A program made the translations under genes and the position numbers. From the NCBI GenBank assembly GCA_977018835.1, contig OZ361258.1, positions 248,001 through 312,000 on the forward strand: a stretch of 64,000 nt of DNA. Reading direction: 5' to 3'. This document shows, one piece after another, positions 1 through 11,244 of the stretch (position 1 is the first letter of the stretch; each line of letters starts with the position of its first letter). The notes under the pieces were generated by a model. It was not told the DNA's origin and made no database searches. It worked only from the letters and a program-made list of their open reading frames with translations. The DNA is from Minutocellus sp. GHC0000111. Taxonomy: Eukaryota.

Positions 1-718
1 TGGGTACAACTGACACACTTTCGGTTGCTTCGGCCACAGTCGATTCCTCATCCGACTTGCCACCCGCGTCCATCGACACCTTGCGCTTCGACTGTTGCTC
101 CGAATCCTCACCCGACTTGCTACCCTTGTCCATCGAAACCTTGCGCTTCGACTGTTGCTCCACCTGATTCTCACCATGCGACTTGTTGTCCTCTTCATTA
201 CGATCCATAGAACTTTTCCTCGCCCTATTGACCGCCGGTATCTCACTCTTCCGCTCAAACTCCATCATAATGTCCACCTTGGACCGCTTGGGGGCGCGCT
301 TGCTCGACCGTCTGGCCGAGGCCAGCTCCTCGTTGTAGTGCCGGTTGCACTTGCCACTCTGGCTGGAGACGCCTTGCTTTGTGCAGCCGTCGACTGCGCA
401 AATGGCCTTGGGGGGTTTGAACTTGGAATTGGAGCGCTTGGCGGAGCTAGTAGGGGTGACCAGGCCAGCGTCGGTAGTGCCGGTGGCGGAGGTCGGCGTA
501 TCATCGTCTGTTGCATCAGATGTGGTCCCGTCAAATGCACGATGGAGATCGGAGGTCGGCGTGACTGTCGTGGCCTTGATCGGGGTCTCATCGGATGGGG
601 CCGTAATGGGTGGGGAGGAAAAGATTGCAGCTGCCGCATCGGCCAGGGATGTGCGCTTGGCGGGGGTGAAGAGGAGGCGGTGGGTCCGCGGGGACGCCTC
701 CGCATCTTCCGCCAGCAT
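1..718 (-). CDS. Hypothetical nuclear protein with a C-x4-C-x10-C-x2-H zinc finger; 3' end runs off the window
   Basis: ATG at 718 opens a stop-free frame to the window edge (MLAEDAEASPRTHRLLF...). It contains CAVDGCTKQGVSSQSGKCNRH. It is absent from the ORF track because it has no stop in the window. Confidence 0.7.
   Translation of the reverse strand, partial: MLAEDAEASPRTHRLLFTPAKRTSLADAAAAIFSSPPITAPSDETPIKATTVTPTSDLHRAFDGTTSDATDDDTPTSATGTTDAGLVTPTSSAKRSNSKFKPPKAICAVDGCTKQGVSSQSGKCNRHYNEELASARRSSKRAPKRSKVDIMMEFERKSEIPAVNRARKSSMDRNEEDNKSHGENQVEQQSKRKVSMDKGSKSGEDSEQQSKRKVSMDAGGKSDEESTVAEATESVSVVP
61..161. repeat. 60-bp-period imperfect tandem repeat, coding (EQQSKRKVSMD x2)
   Basis: ccttgcgcttcgactgttgctcc recurs exactly 60 bp apart. 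Confidence 0.8.
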
Positions 719-1194
719 TTTTTCGTTCAGCATTTATGTCTTGGGATTTGGCGCAATTTTTTGTGCTCGAAAATCTCGGGTTGACTGAAGCGTCGGCCGG
801 CTGGATGATAATCAAATATATATATATTAAAAAAGCAGACAATAAAGGAAAGATACGCTTGGTGGTGGTGGATTGTCCTGTTCCGGGGGGAGATATCCAG
901 GCAGTAAGATACTGGCGGGTTCGGGAGCGGGGAGAGGATGAGAGGCCGGCCGCGTGGCGCCAAAAATGAGGAAAAGACTTCCAATACGGGCTTCGGAGTA
1001 TGTTTTTTTATCGAACCGAAATCTGGAGATTTCTTTGCTTCAAACCTTCCTCCTACGGGTAGTCAATTTTAGAATTTACAGATTCACCCTATATAAAACT
1101 TTAGATTGGTACTCTAAGCATACAATCTAATTGTTTGTTATGAAGCTCTAGCGGCTATGAATGTTTTCATTTCATTTTTTGTTCAATAAGTAAT

Positions 1195-3049
1195 TCAATT
1201 CTTTGTTGCGGCAGCATGAAACTGCAACGATTTGGTCTGGTTGTTGAAGTGAAGGAGCAACCCGACTGCATCCTCCTCATTGTTGTTTTTCTTGGGTAGA
1301 GTAGGCACCTCAAGGCCGGGAAGATCCGCCATACTCTCAGCCGATACCTCCTCTCTTCTTGGTTGGGTTGGAGTGACAGCGGTAGAGTCATCCGACGAGT
1401 AAGATATGATAAGATTGGGCTGACACAACGGGCTGGACGTGGTCAAGGTTGAGAGAGCCTCGGCGGCGATGGCATCATCGTCACTGAGATCCGACCGAAT
1501 GGACTTGATGGTGCTTGCCAACGTCGATGGAGGGGACGGAGCACTACTGCTCATCTGATTCTCCAGGGCAGGAGGTGGCGTGGCCGTCGACACCTTGCGG
1601 ACATACTCGGCCTTGGCGTAGTTGGGGGTAGTACCGGCACTCGCCGCCTCGGCACGGGCCCGCTTCCTCTCCCGGCTCTTCCGGGCGTGCATGCGGTTGC
1701 GCTCGCGGCGCATGCGATCGAGTTCGTCCGGAGTGCACGTGCTGCGATCCTTGGACAGGAGGTCGTAGTCGATATCGTCGATGGCTCGAGCCTTGGGGGA
1801 CGGCGGCTCCCTCGATCGCTTCCGGCCGACCAATCTGAGCCCACTTGCTCCCCAGCTTTTGATACGTCTCGATGATGGCATCGTCCTCGACCCTCGTCCA
1901 CGCCCCCTTGTTGATGCTGGGATCCAAATGGTTGTACCACCGCTCCCGCCACTGCTTGCCCAGCCGTCCCGAGTCGAGTTCCTTGGCCAGAAAGCTCCAA
2001 CGCTTGACCCCGTGCTCCGTCACAAGTTGGACGAGACGTTGGTCTTCTTCGGCCGTCCACGGTCCCTTGACCAGGCCGGGACGCAGCACCTTCTGCCAAC
2101 GGTGGAGACATTGGACGTCGGAGCGATTGGGGAGGGACTGGGCAATCTTCTTCCAGTTCCGGGCCGAGTGGGCGGTCACGGCCTGGCGGAGGATGGCATC
2201 CTCGGCCTCGGTCCATTTGGATGGAGACGAGGGTGAAGAGGATGTTGATGGTGGGGAGGAGGTCGTAGAGGTCGGTGTGGAGGGAGATGATTCCTCGGCC
2301 TTTGTCTCCTGGAACAAAGAGCGTGGCGGTGTGACCGGGACGGAAACGGTAGGACTTGCACTTGCCGGCTGTGGCGATGGGGTGGCCATCCGAGCCAGCA
2401 GCCGTTCCTTCTTGGACTTCGGTGGGGATGCCACTCTTCTCGTTGGAGCTGGCTTGTCGTCACACATCTTCACGGCTTCCACCTTGCTGCTCGCCGCGGA
2501 AGCTTGCGATTCGTCGTCGCATTTGCTGGCAGCAGAGGGAGCCAGATCGACCAGCTCGGAAGACGAGCTCGAGGCCGAGATGCTTGGGACGATGGGCGGC
2601 GGGGAGGCGCTGCTGGCAGTGCTTGCGCTGGTCACCGAGACAGTCGCCGAGGGCACGGCGTCATGTGACGGTGTTGATCGAGGAGGCATGTGCGACATAT
2701 GAGGAGCCGGCACTTGGCGCGGGCTGGGCGCATGGTAATGTCTATAAGCATGGTGAGGACTGCGAGGCTGATATCCGGCAGGATGATGAGGACGAGGCGG
2801 CATGCCATGATGATAATGGTGAGGGTGATGAAGGTGAGGGTGAAATCCAGCCGGAGGTGCCGGGTAGGTGGCATAGGGCGACGGTCGACGCGCCTCGTGG
2901 TGAGGAGGATGCCTCGGAGGCTCAAATTGCTGCTCGTAACCGGCGGGATGGATCTGCTGGTGGTAGTGATGGTGATGCTGCATCATGCGAGGATCGGCCG
3001 GATGGTGAGGCTGATGATGGGGCTGGTGGTGAGGAGGATATCCGTGCAT
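1195..3049 (-). pseudogene. 3R-Myb transcription factor with a C-terminal bZIP-like basic region; R3 truncated by an internal deletion/frameshift at ~1831
   Basis: ATG 3049 (MHGYPPHH), His/Pro-rich N-terminus, R1 (KWTEAEDAIL...RSDVQCLHRWQKVL), R2 (GPWTAEED...GKQWRERWYNHLDP). R3 stops at GSKWAQI. A different frame then gives DELDRMRRERNRMHARKSRERKR and ends at 1195. Confidence 0.75.
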
Positions 3050-3840
3050 GATGTTATGTGCAGTTTCGAGCGTATCTACCTTGCGGCTTTCCAAGTTGGT
3101 GGATATTTGTTCCAATTATGCTTGCTCCCAACAATATTGTGACGGTGGATTTGTGATGGATGCCGCGCGAGACGATCGAGGATTTGTTCTGTGACTTTGC
3201 GCGAAAGTAAGCGATGAATTAATTGTTGAAAGTCGGCACGAAATGCGTTGCTCTTCTTCGAGATGATCAAATGATAATACTGCTGAGATCTTTTCTTTCT
3301 CTTCCACCACCAGCGAAAAATGTGAGCGGGGGTGAAGGAAGGAAATTTGTGATCGGCACAGCGGATCGTTTGGCAGGTCCGGTAGAGGCCAACAGCGAGT
3401 ATGAGCGATGGGCGCACACTCGATCGATTGGCGCGTTGGTCGCTTGTGACTCGCAGAAGAGCTCGGCCGGCGCGCCAGATTTGCCCGGCCGGCGCGCCCA
3501 CTGTGACGTTGGACTCGATCGACTCATTGGAATAGGAGCAAAATGCACATAAAAACTCGCACCAGACAGACCGAAAGACTCCTTCGTTCTTGTGCAACAG
3601 CGATTTTGTATCAAGGAGATTTGCCGCCACCGTAACCGCCCAGCAAGTCGTCTGCAACAACAGAAAAGCGTTCGGGTCGGCAACAAGATCCGCAGGCGGC
3701 ACGACCAATAAGTGGCATTTTCCGTTCGCTCACTGATTCAAGGCATGTAGCACCTGGTCTTGATCGGCAATACATGTTGATTTTACCGTATCTATCTTTC
3801 CGCGTTAGAAGTGGCAAAAGTAGCAACCAAGAATCCAGCG

Positions 3841-4524
3841 ATGCGTTGTCACAACACATGCCGTCACAGAGTCAAAGGCGCGGCACTGTCGACCATCGCG
3901 CTGTTGATTTCGAATATGTTTGATGCATCGGTGATCGTCGCCACCGCATCAAGGAGGTCCGCGTGTGCCGTTGCTAATGCTCAAGCACCGTCAATGACAA
4001 GTTACCGCCCACAGTCGTCGATGGCCTTCGTCTCCGGTTCCAACACCAGCCGAAAGCGACCACTTCATCACACGCATGGTTCGTCATGGACGCGAAAAGA
4101 TACCATCCTGGCGCCATACTACCAAAGTACTTGGCTTCGATTGCAAAAGCTTCGATCCATAGCCACCTCCACGACACCACTTTTTGCCAAGCCCAAAACC
4201 GGATCCATCGTCGACTCGTACCAAACCGTCAGCGTCAACTGCTCGAAATGCCGCACCAGATTGTTTCGCTACAAGAAAAAGAACGGCACCAAGTCCAATC
4301 TGATCAAATGTTATATCGACCGGATATCCCAAGATTCTGCTAAGATATTGCAGAGCATGGACATTGTTGATGGAGAATATGAGGATGTCGGTAGGGCTGA
4401 GGCGTTGGAGGGGCAGGAATGGTCGTGTCCGGACTGCGGGCAGCGATTTGGACGGAGGACGCTGATCCATGGTCGCCCAGCGATCAAGCTGGTAGACGGG
4501 AAGGTACGTATGACCAAGAAGTAA
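3841..4524 (+). CDS. Small zinc-ribbon-like protein (two CxxC pairs) with a probable organelle-targeting presequence
   Basis: VNCSKCRTRLFRYKKK...LIKCYIDRI...WSCPDCGQRFG after a Ser/Ala/Arg-rich N-terminus. The exact start is uncertain (3841 or 3916). Confidence 0.7.
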   Translation: MRCHNTCRHRVKGAALSTIALLISNMFDASVIVATASRRSACAVANAQAPSMTSYRPQSSMAFVSGSNTSRKRPLHHTHGSSWTRKDTILAPYYQSTWLRLQKLRSIATSTTPLFAKPKTGSIVDSYQTVSVNCSKCRTRLFRYKKKNGTKSNLIKCYIDRISQDSAKILQSMDIVDGEYEDVGRAEALEGQEWSCPDCGQRFGRRTLIHGRPAIKLVDGKVRMTKK

Positions 4525-4734
4525 GGCATGTCAGATTGGTTAATGGATGAGCCTGCCGGCGATCAAGTTGGTGGGTGGAAAGGTGCGAATGAAAAAAAAG
4601 TAGCACAAATTGGACCAGAGATGAGCGCGCCGAGGCATCGAGTTTGAAAATTTTCAAATGAAATAAATTGTCCGCGCGAAGCTGTAGCGAGCGACGAGAG
4701 CTCACTTTTCATATCGACATCCACACCATCGACC

Positions 4735-5250
4735 ATGCAATCCCTCTCCTGGCCGACTGCTACCGCGGCAGCTCTCACACTCACTGCCGTGGCCAGCTTT
4801 CTCATCCACCTCACCACCATGGAGGATGGTCTTGGCTTCAGCAAGCTTTACGTCTACGGAGCGTATGCCCTTGGTCTCAGGAAGAAGGCTCATTATTTGA
4901 AACTATACCAGGAGGAGTCTCTGGATAAAGTCGTCGAGCACATACTCAAGCATCTCGGCGTCATCGTGGCCACCCACCTCCAGTTTCTAGTTTTTGCCTT
5001 CGCTCTAAAGAATGTCGATTCGAACGAAGATGGTACTTCCCTTGAACCTGCTGTTTTGGTCTTCTATTTGAATCTGTTGCTTGGAGCAGCCTTTGCTGTA
5101 CGTTCTGCGTTTGGAGTGTTGATGAGGGGAGAGATGAGAGTTCCCTGGAGGCACGAGATCATGGGAAATGACGATCCTTTGTCGTGTTTTGTGAAGAATA
5201 CGCCGAAAATCCCACGACGCGGTCTTGATGGCTTTACTTGTCCTTATTAA
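4735..5250 (+). CDS. Hypothetical membrane protein, 171 aa
   Basis: ATG-to-TAA ORF with about three hydrophobic segments. Confidence 0.55.
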   Translation: MQSLSWPTATAAALTLTAVASFLIHLTTMEDGLGFSKLYVYGAYALGLRKKAHYLKLYQEESLDKVVEHILKHLGVIVATHLQFLVFAFALKNVDSNEDGTSLEPAVLVFYLNLLLGAAFAVRSAFGVLMRGEMRVPWRHEIMGNDDPLSCFVKNTPKIPRRGLDGFTCPY

Positions 5251-5528
5251 GTCAAACTTGCAACCATGATGATAGATCTACTACCGCACTTATTTAGTAG
5301 TGTTGGTGTATTGAAAGTAGCGACAAAACATTATGCAAGGGTTCTTCAAAAGCACCTGTACCTTGAATCAGACGTAGCTACATTCAGCGTGGTTGCTAAA
5401 AGGGCCAACGGAGCGCAGGTGTACAACAGGCATCACGGTCGCATGCACGAACACAGCAAACGGTAGTGAATAAAAGCTAATTAAGTAGATCAGATGATTA
5501 AATTTCGAACATGTAGTATTCTCGCCCT

Positions 5529-8500
5529 CTAGGCATCCTCCTTCTTTTCATCCTCGACGGTGTCAAGCCAAGCCTCGGCCTGGTTATACTTCTTCTCCAC
5601 GAGCTTCTTCAGAGCTACGTCTCTCTTGGCAACGACGCCCCAGGTGTCCGCCTGAAAGCGCCGCTCATCTTTCATTTTCCTGAAGAAGTTGACGCTACCA
5701 ATGTGATCTAAACCTCCTGCAGCGATTGATGTTGCCCGAAGCTCGTCAAAGACATCCTCCGCCATTTGCGAATCACCGCAAATATAGTAATGACACGCGG
5801 GGTCGGACAGCAATGCCCAGATCTCGCTCCTACGCCTCGCAACGACATTCTGGACGTATTCTTTTGGCTCATCTTGAAGTCTGCTGAAAGCAACCTGCAA
5901 ATCCGTAATGATTCCATCATCTGCCCACTTTCGCATGCGAGCAGAGTGGAGGAAATCATTTTCGGCCCGGCATCCAAAGAAAACCATGCACGGCCCAAGC
6001 CTGACACCTTCTGACTTGGCATGTTCACGAGCCTGGAGGAATCCAAGCATTGGAGCAATGCCAGCACCCGGACCAATCATAAAGACAGGCGAAGAATAGT
6101 CTTTTGGAAGTCGGAAAGTACTCTTTGTGATGCCCATTCGCACATATGCCCTTGCTCCTGCTGATGGAATGTCTGCCACGATATCGTCATCACCGACCTT
6201 TGGTTCCACGGCTTCATCACTGACTTGCGCAGGAGTACTTCTGGCCAAGAAGTGAGACGAGACGCCATTTCGAAACTTATCAGTCGATTTGTGTGTGATT
6301 GTGAGCTTTCCAACCGATAGCTGTAGCTTGGTTGGAAGCATTTCGCTGGAAGAGGCGATACTGTAGAATCTTGGCTTGAGACGAGGAAGGACTTCAACAA
6401 CATCAGCGAGACCAAGCTTCGAGGTTGTTACGGGGTATTCTGACAAAAGGGAGGGTATGGTAACAAAAGACTCCGTTAGAGAGCGGACGGCCTTTTTGCG
6501 TGCCTCTTCTCTGATCAGTGCTTTCGATGTCCCTTTTTCCTCTTCTGTTGCAAGATCTGCCGACTCGACAATCTTCTCCAAAACAGCTTCCAGCGCCTCA
6601 GTTTCTTTGACTGCCGCTTCAGTGTCATCGCTTGATGCACGTGCAACCTTGACAAGTCGATCCAAAAGAGCGACATTTCCGTCATCCTGTTGCGTGGCCA
6701 AATCCAACTCAAGAGCGAACAGGTCACCGACACGCATTGTAGAAGCCGACAGAGAAGGGCCGTCTTCGATGACGATGTCAATCCATTGGCTGGGCCTGAT
6801 ACCAAGACAGCGGCACATCTCAAGAGACAAAGATGGATCATTCATCGGCATGATTCGAGCATGATCCCCGGTTTCGTAGACAAGGTCGCTCGCTCCTTTT
6901 TCTCCACATATTCCGTTAAGATCGAATTCAAGGAAGCGAGTGCTCCTAAACATTCGCTTCGATTCTTCGTCGGGAAAGCTGACGAGCTCATCATTCATCG
7001 TTACACGGCACAATTTCTAGCCATTCGCAAGGTAGCGGGCGACTGCTCCTGCGCTAGGATCATTAGGAACAAGCCTCTTCTTTTCGTCGATGGCTGCGAC
7101 GACCTTATCATCATCGTCGCCGAGCAATGATACAGTTACCGGGTCCACTTCTACAGCATCTTCTGAATCACCAGAAGCTACCAAAGCTTTCTTTTGCTGG
7201 AGGTCGAAGATGGAACCGATCGATGATATCCATTGGAGCACGGCATCTTCTTGACCGTTGACCTCGTCCCCCTTTGCAAGAGGGAAGATCTGTTTGCCTC
7301 CTGCCGCGGTGAGAGCCTTATCAAGATCGATTCCTGCCTGGCAGTAGTCTGGATAGACTGTAGAACCAATACCCATTACAGCAAAAGGCATGCCGGCCAG
7401 ATCATCGTTTGATAGAGTCTTGAGAAGGGCGAAAAAAGCTTCGGCGGATGGAGGAGGGTTGCCCTCTCCAAATGTGCTGGTTATGAAGAGTACAGCAGAA
7501 TATTCCCCGTCGCCAACAAGGGAATCCGAGAGTAATTCTTTTGGGTTATACTGTTCGCAGCTTGCGACTGTCACTCGGAGAGGTCGTAGCATCTTCTTCG
7601 CCTGATACGCATACCCTTCGGCAGTTCCGGTAGTCGAGCCATGGAGAATCAAGATCTTCTCAAAGCACATGGCATCGTCGTCAGCAGATGCTAGCAGCTC
7701 ATCTTCGGGTACCGAGCTTTCCTTGCGAACAGCAAAGATCTCGGCCTGATAATCGTACTGTGGCTCAACATAAAAGTCTCGCATCTCGTGATGCCAAATC
7801 GGCATGGTTGATCCTCCGGCAGCAGGAACGACCCAGCTCCTACAAGTAAAAAATGATGATATGATAGACGTATTGGTATTTGTTTTTGTGAGATAGGGGA
7901 TAGAAGAAAGCAAAAGATGAAATGAAGCTCGCTACAACGTAAAACTCACCATTGAGCAGGGACCTCACGGCCAAGCTTCTTCTCCCTCATGTCATGGGCG
8001 AGGAATTGAGACTGAGCAGTGACGTGGTCAACAATGGAATGGCCATCTCGGCGGAAACTGTGCATTACCGCCTTGTTCGTTTCCAACATGACATGCTCTC
8101 GCCAGAACCCATCCTCGTCAGTAGGGTCTACACCGATGGCTCTGGCGATGGCCTCCATCTTGTTCATGCGACCGGCCTCAAGCAAGTCCCTCGTAATTTC
8201 ACTTTCCATAAACCAGCCGTTGAAGGGGCAGCAGGTATATTCGAGACCACCAAGCCTTAGCGTGAAGGAGGTCACCGTAGGAACAACACACCAACGCAAC
8301 CTCAGCTTGTCAAACTCGGGATATTTAGGATGCGTAATCATCGTGACTTTATGATATTCCTTTGGCAGCTCAAACATCTTGGTAGTCCCAGTGATCGGGT
8401 CCTCAATGACAATGGGCAAAACATCAAATGCCGTTCGAGGTACGGGAGGCTTCCATCCAAAGCTTATGACTTCGTCGGTGTACTGCTTGTTCGCACCATC

Positions 8501-11208
8501 CCCCATCAAGGTGCCATCTTCGTTCTCGTAACAGGCAAATCGAACTAGCTGCGCGTTCCAGAACCGCTGTCCCATCCGCGTGCCGGGCTGGCGAGGACGA
8601 AAGACGGTCATAACAGCCTTTAGAGATCCATCGGCCGTTGCAAGTCTCTGGTGTTCCAAGCACTCGGCAAACATGTGGTCAAGATTCGTCACGTGGCGCC
8701 GATCTCGAACAAGGAGGGTATTCCAAGAGATGCGGCCGACGCACTTGGCGGAGTTTCTCCACGACACTCGAGCGCCGTGGACGATTTCCTCCTCCGTATG
8801 GGTGTAGGTGCCCCTCGTGCGGATCTCGGTCTCAATATCAATCTTGCGTTTGGCCAAGTAGGCATCGCTCCACTTGAGCTCCTCCTTGCATTGTTCGGAC
8901 CACTCGAATGCCTTGTGCAGGAGCCGTTCCGAAACGAAGGAAATGCGCGTGGTGATGAGAACTGTGCGGTTCACCAGAGCCATCCACAGCTTGGCAAGCG
9001 CCTCTCCCTCCGGCGTTCCATCGCCATACCCAGGAACAGCCTCGCGAAGGGTAGCATCCAAAACGTCTCCGATGGCGGCATAGGTAAAGACGGGAATCCG
9101 CTTGTTGTCGTGGATCTTGCCAAGATGTCTCAACACCGGCAATGCCTTGTCAAAATCATTGAACACGGACACCAGCAGCTCGACCGCATCGAACAGGTGG
9201 CCGGCGAGGAAGTCCATGTCGGTTCGGCCAAAGTACGGCAGCACCTCGGGACACTTGCGGAACAGCTTGCGATAGAAGAGCACGCCGGATCGGACCTTGT
9301 CGGCGGCCAATGGTTGGAAGGATTCCTGTAGCAGCTGACAATTCTCCTCAGACTCGAAGAGGTCGTCCACCTCCTTGATGGCCAGCAACGCGGGCTTCAT
9401 CACGTGGTACGTCCAGAAGCGGTAGGCGCAGGAGTTGGTCCCCTGCGCCAACAGCTCGGCGTCATTCTCCTCCAGATAAGGGTTGACCCGGCTCATGGTC
9501 AGCAGGAAGAGGGCCCGGGCCTCCTTCCAATGACGGGGCCTCATCCCCAGCTGGGCGAACTGCTGGAATCCCTCCTCCAGGGTGCGGAAGGGTGGCTCGA
9601 CGTCCCCCCGCAGGGGCGACGCGGCGTACGACTCTCTGGCCACCACCTCGGTCTTGCGGTCGAGATTCCGCACGGCCATGTCGATGACGGAAACGAGCAT
9701 GTCGTACGCCAGCTCGGAGGGCACCGCGCCCAGCATCTGGAGGAGGTCGGGACAGCGCAAAAAGAGACATTCGACGAAATGCTCCCCGGTCATGCCGATC
9801 CATCCCAGGCACTTGTTCCACACGTCCTTCATGGCGACGCGGTCCTGGGGGGTCATGGGGTCGGGCGTGCCGACGAGGGACGCCAGGAGGGCCTCGTCGG
9901 CTGCGACCTCGGCGGGATCGCGCTTGCGGAATTCGAACTCGGCCGCCGTGGCCAGCAGCGGCTTCTGCCTCTGGCGGGAGGCAATGTCGGCACCCTTGGT
10001 GGCGGCGAGGAGGGCATCGGTCCGTCGGTGAAGACAATGTCGGACCGGTCAAAGTCTGGATGGACACGGGTGCGGAGCCACGCCACGTCCTGATCGGGGA
10101 CGGCAAAGGCCTGGAGGGGGTGGATGCACACCGGCTGGACGAAGGAGGGGGACCACGAGGACGGCGCGTCATCGGCACTGCTAGTGCATGTAGCATGCTT
10201 GCGCTCCTGCATCTCCACGACCAGCGCCTCGTCATCTTCCAATCTGAGGTGGAGGCCGTTCCAGCTGGGCTCGCTGCGCTTGGACAGCTCGATGGTTCGC
10301 AATTGGCCGTTGCCATTTCCCTTCTTCTCATTCTTGGCACTCACGGCACATGCCATCCCACGGAAGGTGCGGACGCTCTCCCCCCTCTCGTCGAGGTTGG
10401 AACTTCGCCGTGCCGCCAGGCAGTCGAACCGGATCCCCGTCAATTCGAGCCGACACCCGTCGGGGATGGACATGAGGTGCCGCCGTTTCTCGGCCTTTCC
10501 CTCTCAGCCGCTGCCTCCTCCTCCTTCGTCGTTGCCGTCGTGATCATTCTTCGACCGGACCCGGCCGAGGTTGGCCAGATCGGTCACGTCGAGACTCGAG
10601 GCCAGGACCTCGAGGCTCCTGGCCCCGCTGAAGGGACAGACGCCCCCGCCGCCGCGGGAGTTGACGTTGTGCACGGTGCGCGTCTTGGCACTGCTACTAG
10701 CAGCAGGCGTCTTGGTCGTCGGCAACCTTTTCTCGTCGTTGGGGGCCTCCTTCTGCGCACGTGTCAATGCACTAGCACATGTGTTGTTGCTTGCCCCACT
10801 AGCAGATCTAGTGCCGCCACCCTCAACGCCGCCGCTGCCAAAGGGGCAGGAGGCTCCCACGGCAGCGGCGGCAGCGACAGCCGTGCCTTCCCTCCCGGCA
10901 TCAGCAGCATCCCCGCCATCGGCCGTCTGGCGCGTCTTCGTCGAAGACGGAGCAGCCTCGTCGTTAGTAACACCACTGCTACATGTAGCGCTGCAGCTGC
11001 GGTCGGCCCCTCCTCGTCCAGGTGCCGATTCGGGCAGGTTGTAGTTGCATGCGCATGCACGAGCATTTCGGCCCAATGCATCGCTGCTACATGTAGCAAT
11101 GGCATTGCAATTGTTGGTCCCACCTCTGGACTCCGAGGCAGCCGCAGCCGGTGCCGCCGCCAAGGGGGCAGCCGATGCGGCAGCAGTGGTGGACGCGCAG
11201 GCTCCCAT
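5529..11208 (-). CDS. NOS: Multidomain nitric oxide synthase (C2-like, pseudoglobin, globin, NOS oxygenase, flavodoxin, FAD/NADPH reductase); disrupted as assembled
   Basis: Oxygenase: WRNSAKCVGR (heme Cys 8741-8743), PFNGWFMESE, IVDH, and PAQW|SWVVP across GT-AG intron 7840-7949. Flavodoxin: HGSTTGTAE, TSTFGEGNPP, GDE. Reductase: PRFYSIASS, GPGAGIAP, FFGCR, YICGD. Lesions: in-frame TGA 10504-10506, frameshift ~10022, in-frame TAG 7017-7019. Confidence 0.9.
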
Positions 11209-11221
11209 GCATGTGCAGTGC

Positions 11222-11244
11222 GTGTGTGTGTGTGTGTGTGTGTG
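11222..11244. repeat. (GT)n microsatellite immediately upstream of the NOS start
   Basis: About 11 GT units. Confidence 0.9.

Noticed and set aside
5529..11208. NOS as bacterial contamination or a chimeric contig
   Set aside because: It has a canonical GT-AG intron that restores a conserved motif, and it is flanked by eukaryotic Myb genes.
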